From NCBI GenBank assembly GCA_963701095.1, contig OY969564.1:512001-576000 (forward strand): a stretch of 64,000 nucleotides of DNA, read 5' to 3'. The notes below the pieces were generated by a model. That model worked only from the letters and a program-made list of their open reading frames with translations. It searched no databases and was not told where the DNA came from. A program made the position numbers and the translations under genes. This document shows, in pieces, positions 54,201 through 64,000 of the stretch. The DNA comes from an uncultured Methanoregulaceae archaeon (GTDB lineage: Archaea > Halobacteriota > Methanomicrobia > Methanomicrobiales > Methanospirillaceae). How positions within the stretch are numbered: the stretch's first letter is position 1; each line of letters opens with the position of its first letter.

Positions 54201-57200
54201 CGGTCAAGCGCTATTACCGCATCCTCATATCGGGAAAGATGTACGAGATCGGTACCCATGACAAAGTGGGCGATGACATTTTCCGGGTCAAGGGAAATGG
54301 CCCGGTCAAAAAACCCGACGGCTTCTTCGTACCGCTTGAGTTCTGAAAGCGATTGCCCTTTTTTAACCAGACTGCCAATATGGTTACTATCGATTTCGAT
54401 TGCCTGATCAAAAGATAAGATGGCCTCTTCAAACTTTTTAAGGGCGAAATACGCGCAACCTTTCTCGTACTGGATTCCAACACTTGAACAACCTAGATTG
54501 AGATACCGGTCAAAAAGGGCAATAGCCTCTTCGTATTTTTCCATCCGGGATAGGATAAAACCGGCCTGTTCGAGCGCGTCAGCGTGGTTCGGACTGAGAT
54601 TAAGTGTCTTTGCAAAAGCTGTAATCGCTTTTTCATCCCGGTGAAGTTCGACATAGCAAAGGCCAAGGCGATAAAAATGCTCAGGCGAGGTGGGTTCTAC
54701 TGCACAAGCTTCTTCGTAGGTAGCTGCGGCTTCCTTGAAGCGTTTCAATGCTTCTAGCGCTTGTCCTTTTGCCGTAAGAAGGGGTATGTCACCAGGGGTG
54801 ATGGCAAGTGCACTATCAAAGGCAGAAACCGCTTCCTCGTTTTTACCGATCGCTGCAAGAGCCCGCCCTTTATGGTAGTACGCCGGCGGGTACTTAGAAA
54901 CCAGGTGAAGGATATGATCAAATGCCCCTACGGCTTCTTCATACCGTTGGAGCTCGATCAAATCAAGACCCATGTCAAACCAGGCATGCGTGTTTGAATT
55001 ATCAAGTTCAATGGAACGGGAAAGTGCAGGAACCGCATCTGCATATTCCTTGAGGGCAGAGAGTGCTACACCTTTATAATACCAGGCCTCGGCAAAATCC
55101 GGCTGGATCCCGATTGCCAGATCGGAAGCCTGAACTGATTCTTTGTCCTCTCCCAGGAAATGGAGTGATATTGCTTTATTGAGCGCCGATTCAGCGCTCC
55201 TGGGATCGTATTCAAGTGCCTTTTCAAAGGAGAGAATGGACTCTTTATACATTCCCTGTGCTGCAAACGCTACACCCCTAAGATGGTATACTGAAGCATT
55301 ACCGGGATCAACGGAGAGCGCACGATCAAAAGTTATGACGGCATCGCTGTATCGTTCAAGCTTCAAGAGAGCAGCAGCGTGATAATATACCGCCTTCTTA
55401 AGATGCGAGTCTATCCCTTCTGCCCGGGTAAGACATGTAATCGCGTCATCGTACCCGCCCAGTTCATACAATGCAAGACCCTTGTATTGGAGTGCCTCTG
55501 CAAACGAGGGATTCAGCACAAGGACATGGTCGCAGGCATCAATGACTTCGGAATAATCTCCTCAGCTCGTATAAGGCACGACCTTTCTGGAACCATGCAT
55601 CAGTATGTTCGGGATGTTCGGCAAGGACTTTGTTGAATTCTTTGACCGCCTCCCGGAACCTGCCCAAAGTTGAAAGAGATTCTCCTTTATGGAACCTCGC
55701 CGGCAGGCAGTCAGACTTTATCGAGAGCGCTGCCTCGAAAGAGAGAATTGCATCTTCAAGGTTTGCAAGACCTTCAAAGGCTCGACCCTTCTGGTAGTGG
55801 AGGTTGGGATTTTTCGGATCGATCGCAAGCGCCCGGTCCGTTGCTTCAAGTGCTTCCTGGTACCTGCCCAGGTGAGAAAGGATGAGTCCCCTGAATCGCC
55901 ACGCTTCGGTGAAGTCTTTTTGTAAGTCTGTTGCTTTTGCAATAGAGAACAATGCGTCTTCGTCCTGACCCAGGTTATGCAGGGACATAGCTTTGTTGAA
56001 TGCAGATTCCGCGCTCTCCGGATCGCATTCAAGCGCACGGTCATACGCGTAAATGGAGTCCTGGTACAGGCCCTGGGCGGCCAATGCTACACCTTTAAGG
56101 TGGTGTGCTAAAGCATTACCGGGATCAAGAGAGAGCGCACGATCAAAAGTTATGACGGCATCGCTGTATCGTTCAAGCTTTAAGAGAGCAGCGGCGTGAT
56201 AATATACCGCCTTCTTAAGATGCGAGTCAATCCCTTCTGCTCGGGTAAGAGATGTAATCGCGTCATCGTACCCGCCCATTTCATACAATGCAAGACCCCT
56301 GTATTGGAGTGCCTCTGCAAACGAGGGATTCAGCACAAGGACATGGTCGCAGGAATCAATGACTTCGGAGTATTCTCCAAGATCGTATAATGCACGGCCT
56401 TTCTGGAACCATGCATCAGCATGTTCGGGATGTTCGGCAAGGACTTTGTTAAATTCTTTGACCGCCTCCCGGAACCTGCCCAAAGTTGAAAGAGATTCTC
56501 CTTTATGGAGCCTCGCCGGCAGGCAGTCAGACTTTATCGAGAGCGCTGCCTCGTAAGAAATAATTGCATCTTCAAGTTTTGCAAGACCTTCAAAGGCACG
56601 ACCCTTCTGGTAGTGAAGGTTTGAATTTTTCGGATCGATCGCAAGCGCCCGGTCCGTTGCTTCAAGTGCTTCCTGGTACCTGCCCAGGTGAGAAAGAATG
56701 AGTCCCCTGCACCGCCACGCTTCGGTGAAGTCTTTTTGTAAGTCTGTTGCTTTTGCAATAGAGGACAATGCGTCTTCGTCCTGACCCAGGTTATGCAGGG
56801 ACATGGCTTTGTTGAATGCAGATTCCGCGCTCTCCGGATCGCATTCAAGCGCACGGTCATACGCGTATATGGAGTCCTGGTACAGGCCCTGGGCGGCCAA
56901 TGCCACACCTTTAAGGTGGTGCGCCGGCGCGTACTTGGGGAGAAGAAGCAATGTTTGATCGAATGCCTCTACGGCTTCGCGATACCGCTCCAGTTTCAGA
57001 AGTGAAGCCCCACGGTGGAATATTGCACCATCGATATGGGGATCGCTTTCAAGAGCCTGGTCAAACGATAAAATCGCTTCTTCGTACCTCCCCAGTTCAT
57101 ACAGAGCAAGTCCTTTGTGGTAATGGGCATCCGGATAACTGGACTCAATTTCAAGTGCATGATCATAGGCTTCGATAGCATCGGTGTGATCTCCGGAATC

Positions 57201-60200
57201 AAAGAGTGCCCGTCCCTTCTGGTACCAGGCATGGAAATTGTGGGGGTTCTCTGCAAGGGTCCGGTCAAAATCCCTGATGGCTTCGCCATATCTTCCTAGA
57301 TTGTACAGCGAAACCCCTTTTCGCATCCGTGCCTCAGAATACCGGGGTTTAAGCGCAAGGGTCTTTTCAAAGGCAGTAACTGCTTCCTGGTGCCGACCGA
57401 GACCATCGTATGCCCGGCCTTTCTGGAAATAGACCGGAGCATTATCCGGATCATATATCAATGCCCGGTCAAATGCATCAAGTGCTTCCTGGTATTTTCC
57501 CAGTTTGGAAAGAGCAACACCCTTGAAGTAGTATCCCGGAGAGTTGCTGGTATCCTTTTGGAGGTTTTTATCGAATGCATCTATGGATTCCTGGAATCTG
57601 CCGAGTTTGGAGAGCGCCACGCCTTTTGAATAAAAGACTTCTGTATATACCGGTTCTATGTCCAGTGCCTGATCAAACGCGTTGATTGCATCCTGGTACT
57701 TCCCGAGATCAAGAAGCATTTTTCCCTTGTTATACCATGCCGGTGCAAATGATTCCCGGATCCGTAGGGAAGATTCAAAGGCGGCAAGCGCTTCTCTTGC
57801 CTTCCCCGAATTTGCGAGGGCAAGACCCATATGGAAATGAGCTTCGCTGTTGTTTGCGTCTATTTCGATTAATACTTCAAAAACTTGAAGGGCTTCTTCA
57901 ATACGGTTAATTTTTTCAAGGGCAAACCCCTTATAAAGAAATGCGACAGTACTCCTCTGATTTAAAGTGATTGCATTGTTGAACGCATCGATGGCATCCT
58001 GATATCGTCCCAGATCGAAAAGGGCCCGGCCATCTTTGATCCAGCCCTCTTCCTGATTGGGATTCATCTGGAGCGCTTCAGCGTAGGCCTCTGCGGCTTC
58101 TCCGGTCCGTCCCAGGATATTAAGGGCATCCCCTTTTCGCATCCAAATTTCGCCGAGGTTTGGGTTAATATCCAGAGCTTTATTGAACGAGGAAACGGCA
58201 TCGACAATTCTTCCCAGATCCGCAAGAAGGATACCTTTTCGTGCCCATGCATCGGCATTGCCCGGATTGATTTCAAGGACCCGGGTGTATGCCGCCAAAG
58301 CGTCCTGTTTTTTTGCAAGACAATCGAGCGCCGTACCCTTCTGCATCCAAATCGCGACTAACGTCGGGTTTAACGAAAGGACACGATCAAATGTTTCCAC
58401 GGCCTCGGCATAGCGCTGGAGTACCATGAGCGAGTCTCCGCGGCAGAGAAGCGCTTCAAGTTGCGATGGGTTTGCCGCAAGGCTGCGGTTAAGTGACGCA
58501 ACTGCCTCTTCGTGCCGGCCCAGTTTGGCGAGGACAATCCCCTGGTACATGGACGCATCAGTTAATGCGGGATTCATGGAGATTGACGTATTAAGGGCCG
58601 CCAGTGCCTCGTTATAACGCTGGGACTGAAGAAAGGCTATTCCCTGGTAATAATAGGTCGAGGCATTTGCAGAGTCAAGGACAAGGGCATCAGAAAATGC
58701 CCGGATGGCATCCTCGAAACGGTCACATTCCAACAGGGAGATCCCCATGTAATGGTGGGCAAGTGCATTTGCCGGGTTGTAGTCAAGCGATCGTTCGAAC
58801 GCAACGACGGCCTCATCGAATCGTTCCCTGCCCGCGTAGGCAATGCCCAGATAATAGAGAGCCTGGTGGTTATCCGGTTCCTGTACCAGCAGCCGTTCAA
58901 AGGTCTTTATAGCATCCTCATACCGTTCGCGTTGGGCAAGGGCAATCCCTTTCTGGTACAGGGTCTTTGGATTATCAGGTTCAATCTCCAGTGCCTGATC
59001 GTACGAGATGATTGCTTCGAGCTGTTTACCGAGACGGGAAAGTGCATTGCCTTTCTCAAAAAAAGCACTTGCACAGCGACGGTTGATTTCAAGGACCCGA
59101 TCAAATGCCCTGGTTGCCTCTTCGTACCGGGAGAGTTCGGAAAGAGCGATGCCTTTGTAATACCATGCCTTTTCATCTCGAGGTGCCATCTCGATGGCAC
59201 GGTTCAGGCCGGTTATTGCGTCGGCATACCTGCCAAGGTACACGAGAGCTGTGCCCCGGCGAACCAGTGCCTGCACATTTTTTGGATTAATGCCGATGAC
59301 CCGGTCAAAGGCCTCAATTGCTTCATGAGCGAGACCAAGCTCCACATAACAAAGCCCGATTGAGTACCAGCCATCAGAAAGATGGGGTTCCTGCTCCACC
59401 GCAGATTCAAAGGCAATGACCGCATCTCTCCACTTTTCCATTGCCATGAGGGCAAGTCCTTTTTCATAGAGGGCTTTTGTATTCTGTGGGGAAAGTGCGA
59501 GTACAGCATCGTATGCTGCAGCGGCATCTGCATACTGCTCCTGTTTAAAGAGTACTGTTCCCCGTTGATAAAGGGCAAGGGTATGTGAAGGATCAATTGC
59601 TATAGCATGGTCAAAAGATATGAGTGCCTCATCCAGCATACCCAATTTAACAAGAGCCACGCCCTTGTTGTAATAGGCATTAACGTAGTTGGGATAGATG
59701 CTAATTGCATCGTCGAGTGCTTCTATCGCTGGCTGAAACCGCTCTGCCTTTAACAGGGCACTGCCTTTGTCATAATAGACCTGTGCATTGTCAGGCCGAA
59801 GGGCTATGCTTTTATTGAACGCTTCGAGAGCTTCATCAATCTTCCCGGTTTTAACAAGGATCTGACCTTTCTGGTGGTACGCCTGAGCATTACTGGGGTT
59901 TTCATTTAAGACACGATCGAACTCTAAAAGGGCTTCTTCACTGTTCCCAAGTTTAGCAAGGGCAAACCCCTTGTGATACACGGCATCCGAATAGTCAGGC
60001 CGGATTTTAAGTGCGCGGTTATACGCGGTGACTGCTTCACCAAACCGGCCGAGGCTGGCAGACGCAAGTCCTATCTGGTATGCGGCCGAGGCACAGCCGT
60101 GATCAATTGCAAGAGTATGTTCAAAAGCGCTAATTGCTTCGTCTTGTCTTCCGAGCCTCGAGAGTACAATCCCCCGGAAATAGGATGCCCCGGCATGGTC

Positions 60201-61331
60201 ATTTTGTCGGGAAAGAATCTGGTCAAACGCGCTAAGTGCATCATCATACCTGCTCAGGTAGATGCAGGAGACGCCTCGGCCATAGATAGCCTCTTCGTTA
60301 TCCGGTTCGGCTGCCAAAGCCCGGTCAAAATCCGCAACCGCTTCCTTAAACTTTTTCAGGTATCGGTTCGCTTTTCCCCGGATAAAATAGATCCTGACGT
60401 TTTGCGGTGCGAGCTCTGCCGCTTTATCAAGAGCGTATGCAGCGTCCTCGTACCGACCCAGCTCAAAAAGAGAATATCCTTTGTAGATCCATGCATCCGC
60501 AACGAGAGGATTTTGTAAGATCGCCTGATCGACAGACTTCACTGCTTCTGCATACTTACTGGTTCGGAACTGGGAAATACCCCGGATTATCCAGATATCT
60601 GCATGTTCGGGTTCGGATGCAAGAAATGTCGCAGCTGCATCCGCAGCTTCTGCATAGCGTTCCTGTTTTGCAAGGATGAACGTCCGGTAATACCATACCC
60701 ATACATCAGAAGGATCGAGGGCGTAAGCTTTTTCAAAAGCATCGAGGGCTTCTTCAAATCTCCCGCTGTCATACAGGGAGATGCCCATGTTGTAAAACGC
60801 CTTTGAATACCCGGGAATTAACGCGATTGCTTTTTCGTAGGCCGTAATGGCCTCTTCATGCCTGCCAAGATCTGCCAAGGCAATAGCTTTGTTGTAATAC
60901 ACTTTTGCGTGGTTGGGATCAATGGTAAGCGCATGATCATATGCCGATATTGCATCCTGGAACCGGCCAAGTTCGTAAAAGGCAATGCCCTTGAGGATCC
61001 ATGCCTCAGCGTTGTCGTATTTGAGGGCGATAAGACGATCGCAGGCATCAAGTGCTTCCTTGTTCCTGCCAATCTGTGCTAACGTGGCGGCCTTGTTATA
61101 CCATGAATTAATGTCAGATGGATCGAGGGTAAGCGCACTATCGTAGGATTCGATAGATTCCTCATACCTGCCAAGATCATACAGTGCGATGCCTTTGAAA
61201 TAATGGGCTTTTGGCAGGCGGGGAAAAAGCGTGAGTGCCCGGTCAAACATGACAACCGCCTCTTGGTGTCTGCCGAGATCATAAAGTTCGATACCCTGCC
61301 GCATCAGTGCTTCAGCATCACTTCTGCTCAT
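48275..61331 (-). CDS. giant TPR-only protein (~4351 aa, ~128 repeats), one frameshift at ~55562
   Basis: Two track ORFs (1930 and 2414 aa) join in TPR register when one base is removed; the duplicated copy shows the intact sequence LYDLGEYSEVI. Confidence 0.9.
55294..56921. repeat. near-identical direct tandem duplication, period 816 bp
   Basis: aaccatgcat at 55591 and 56407; ttaaggtggtg at 56095 and 56911; aagcattaccgggatca at 55294 and 56111. Confidence 0.93.
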
Positions 61332-61506
61332 TGATTGTTGTCGCCTCTCTCTTTGTAAATTGAAAATTCATCGTACCGCGTGACGTATATACGCGTGGGA
61401 AAATGTGCCTTATACCTTTTCCGGTATATATATGTACACTACCATTAATGAATACTATTTTTATAGACTATCGTTTGCATATATGCCTGCTCCCCCAGCC
61501 CGAATT

Positions 61507-62760
61507 TTACCTGTTAAAGGATTGTATTACTTTACTAAGCCTTTCAACACCCTCGGTTATCCTTGCGGGTGTTGCATTGGAAAAGTTCAGCCGCAGGGTA
61601 TCTGTACCCCCGCCATCGACATAGAAGGGTAAACCCGGGAGGACCGCAACCTGCTTTTTGAGCGCTTCAGTAAAGACATCAACGGCCGGGCAACCGACCG
61701 GCAGGGTGACCCAGACAAACATACCTCCTTCAGGTTGTGACCAGCTGACACTAGCGGGCAGATTGTCCTGCATTGCATCAATCATGGCATGAGCCTGCTC
61801 ATGGTAAGCAGCACGTATTTTCCCGATATGGACATCAAGATCTGCCTCTTCAAGATACCGTGAGGCAATCCGTTGTGACAGGTAATTTGAATGGAGGTCG
61901 GAGGCCTGTTTTGCGATAATCAGCTGGTCCATGATCTGCCGGGGGGCGCAGACCCAGCCAAGGCGCATGCCAGGGGCTATGATCTTTGAGAACGATCCGG
62001 TCAGAATGGTTTGATCCGGCAGATATTTTTTTATCGGGGGAAGTGATTTTCCTGAGAAATGAAGTTCGCCATAAGCATCATCCTCAACGATAATCGTATT
62101 AGTGCCTTTGAGAATCTCTGCGCAGATCTTCCGGCATGCCACGGAATAGGTAATTCCCGAAGGATTCTGCGAGTTTGGGATACCATAAAAGAGTTTCGTG
62201 TCGTATCCGGAAACTGCCGATTCAAAGGCTGCCGTATCCATTCCACCTGCATTGAGATTAACGGGGACAAAAACCGGCTCATACAGAGAAAAGACCTGGA
62301 TCGCGCCAAGGTAGCCGGGACGTTCGATAATGATGCGATCACCGGGATCAATAAGGACCTTCCCGATTAGATCGAGACACTGCTGTGAGCCATTGGTAAT
62401 GAGGATCTCATCAGGAGAAATCGCTAGACCCAGCCGTTTTTTGTACCGGTCTGCAATGAATCGCCGGAGTGGAAGGTATCCTTCTATGGTAGAATACTGT
62501 AGGGCGGTCCTGCCGTCGCTTGCAAAAACATCTGCCGCGGCCTGTGCCAGTCCTTTAACATCGATAAGACCGGGGTTTGGCAGACCGCCGGCAAAAGAAA
62601 TAATTTCCGGATTTTCCGTGACCTTGAGAATCTCCCTAATAAATGATTTGGGTGTCGCAAGCATCCGCCGGGCAAATACAGTTGGCGTTTTGATTGGCCA
62701 GTGTGTCATATTCCGGACATTTTTTGTTTTTTTATCCATAAATCCGGTTTCCTGTAACAA
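61507..62760 (-). CDS. PLP-dependent aminotransferase, ARO8/LysN-like
   Basis: ISFAGGLP, ALQYS..EG, QNPSG, EDDAY, GSFSKIIAPGMRLGW, LRLNFS; true start probably a later Met. Confidence 0.9.
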   Translation of the reverse strand: MLQETGFMDKKTKNVRNMTHWPIKTPTVFARRMLATPKSFIREILKVTENPEIISFAGGLPNPGLIDVKGLAQAAADVFASDGRTALQYSTIEGYLPLRRFIADRYKKRLGLAISPDEILITNGSQQCLDLIGKVLIDPGDRIIIERPGYLGAIQVFSLYEPVFVPVNLNAGGMDTAAFESAVSGYDTKLFYGIPNSQNPSGITYSVACRKICAEILKGTNTIIVEDDAYGELHFSGKSLPPIKKYLPDQTILTGSFSKIIAPGMRLGWVCAPRQIMDQLIIAKQASDLHSNYLSQRIASRYLEEADLDVHIGKIRAAYHEQAHAMIDAMQDNLPASVSWSQPEGGMFVWVTLPVGCPAVDVFTEALKKQVAVLPGLPFYVDGGGTDTLRLNFSNATPARITEGVERLSKVIQSFNR

Positions 62761-62865
62761 TTTCTCTGGATTATATGAACTCGCACAATAAACGGCTTTC
62801 TCCAGAATAACACTTCAAAAGACTTTTTACCCTTAGCTGCACATCGTTTTCATAAGGTATCTTGT

Positions 62866-63156
62866 ATGACTGTCATTAAGAGTATTGACATTATTTCATG
62901 GGCAAAGATCCATGCATTATTTGGTATCGTTTTTGGCCTGATCTACGGTATTGTGATTGCCATTATGGGCGCTGCAATCGGTGCTAAGTATGCGATGCCT
63001 GGTGTTACGGCCTTTGGCCTGCTCTCCATCATTATCTTCCCCATTATCTTTGGGATATTGAGTTTTATCATCGGTGCAATTATGGCATACCTCTACAACA
63101 TCTTTGCAGGAAGCGTTGGCGGTATCGAAATCGAGCTCGTCGAGAAAAAAGCATAA
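62866..63156 (+). CDS. small two-TM membrane protein (DUF3566-like)
   Basis: IKSIDIISWAK...YNIFAGSVGGIEIEL. Confidence 0.7.
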   Translation: MTVIKSIDIISWAKIHALFGIVFGLIYGIVIAIMGAAIGAKYAMPGVTAFGLLSIIIFPIIFGILSFIIGAIMAYLYNIFAGSVGGIEIELVEKKA

Positions 63157-63228
63157 TCTTCTTTTTTTTATCTTGTATTGCTGAATTAAGGTGAGAATAC
63201 ATACTTGGGGCTATCTTTAAAGGATTTA

Positions 63229-63253
63229 AAAATGTGGGGTCTCCCCAAACCTT
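63229..63253. promoter_or_regulatory. putative DtxR-family operator (palindrome) upstream of the regulator
   Basis: aaaatgTGGGGtctCCCCAaacctt. Confidence 0.45.
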
Positions 63254-63282
63254 ATGTCATACTACTTCCTATATCAGCAATC

Positions 63283-63708
63283 ATGGATGTAGGAGACGGG
63301 TGCGGGCTGTCGCCGCGAAAAGTACACTACCTAAAATTTCTTCACGCGAAAGGGGGAAGGGTTAGAACTACTGATATCGCCAGGGAATTTGCTGTAGATC
63401 CATCAACAATAACAAAAACAATCCAGGAACTCTGTGTAACTGGTCTTGTCACCCATAAACCATACCATGGGATAGGTCTTTCAAGTTCGGGGAAAGTGTA
63501 TGTGGATTTCCTCATCCGCCGTCATCGTATCCTGAGCCTGATGCTCACCCATTACGGGTTCTCACACGATCAGGCATGTGAAGAAGCCTCACGATTTGAG
63601 TCGCTGGTGACAAAAGCGGCAATCGACCGTATCTGCGTTGCGATGGGCCATCCGAGCCATGGTATATGCGGAGAGATTACCCATGACGATGGGTGCCTTG
63701 ATACCTAA
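63283..63708 (+). CDS. DtxR/MntR-family metal-dependent transcriptional regulator
   Basis: YLKFL..RTTDIA..VDPSTIT..L...GLV..PYHGI.L..G...RRHRIL..EASRFE, GHPSHG. Confidence 0.9.
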   Translation: MDVGDGCGLSPRKVHYLKFLHAKGGRVRTTDIAREFAVDPSTITKTIQELCVTGLVTHKPYHGIGLSSSGKVYVDFLIRRHRILSLMLTHYGFSHDQACEEASRFESLVTKAAIDRICVAMGHPSHGICGEITHDDGCLDT

Positions 63709-63768
63709 ACAGAATTTTGAAAAATCTTTCATCCACATCAAAATTGATAACAATGGCTTGTGCCCTTG

Positions 63769-63793
63769 AAAAGTTGGGGATATTCCAAATTTT
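63769..63793. promoter_or_regulatory. putative DtxR-family operator (palindrome) upstream of the next gene
   Basis: aaaagTTGGggatattCCAAatttt, followed by AT-rich TATA-like sequence. Confidence 0.45.
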
Positions 63794-63867
63794 GCATAAT
63801 TAATATATAATCAACCAGCGACATACGCTCTGGATTCCACACAGGAACTTCAGGGAAGTACTTTCTC

Positions 63868-64000
63868 ATGACACTACGAATAACCAAGATACTCCTTGCA
63901 GCTGTATTGGTATTTATGGTTCTCCTTGCCGTCATTATCCTAGTACCGACCCTGATCTCTTCACCTGTGTCTGCCCAAACCGGATTCGGTGAAAAACTCC
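63868..64000 (+). CDS. exported protein, N-terminal fragment running off the right edge
   Basis: MTLRITKILLAAVLVFMVLLAVIILVPTLISSPVSAQTG..., signal-peptide-like, open to the window end. Confidence 0.6.
   Translation, partial: MTLRITKILLAAVLVFMVLLAVIILVPTLISSPVSAQTGFGEKL

Overview
Archaeal chromosomal window; gene content and protein style point to a Methanomicrobiales methanogen (Methanoregula-like, by inference). It holds housekeeping genes (trmG10, aglB, grpE-dnaK-dnaJ, purH, ilvD, tRNA-Arg(GCG), M42 peptidase, hxlB, pdaD, two aminotransferases), several surface proteins with C-terminal sorting tails, and an ~11 kb signal-transduction cluster with an M64-like secreted metallopeptidase coupled to a membrane-anchored receiver protein. 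The most notable locus is a six-gene operon with bacterial-type acetyl-CoA synthase, the corrinoid Fe-S protein, its activator, a MesB-like core methionine synthase and CooC, but no CODH or AcsE. It may be an acetyl-CoA-to-methionine methyl shunt. A ~13 kb gene encodes a ~4350-aa pure TPR solenoid with a recent 816-bp (8-repeat) tandem duplication. Eleven small frameshifts split otherwise intact genes; they fall at or next to CCGG, AGCT or GTAC and look like long-read errors, possibly at methylated motifs. No integrase, transposase or CRISPR array was seen. All calls come from reading motifs by eye; no database search was run.
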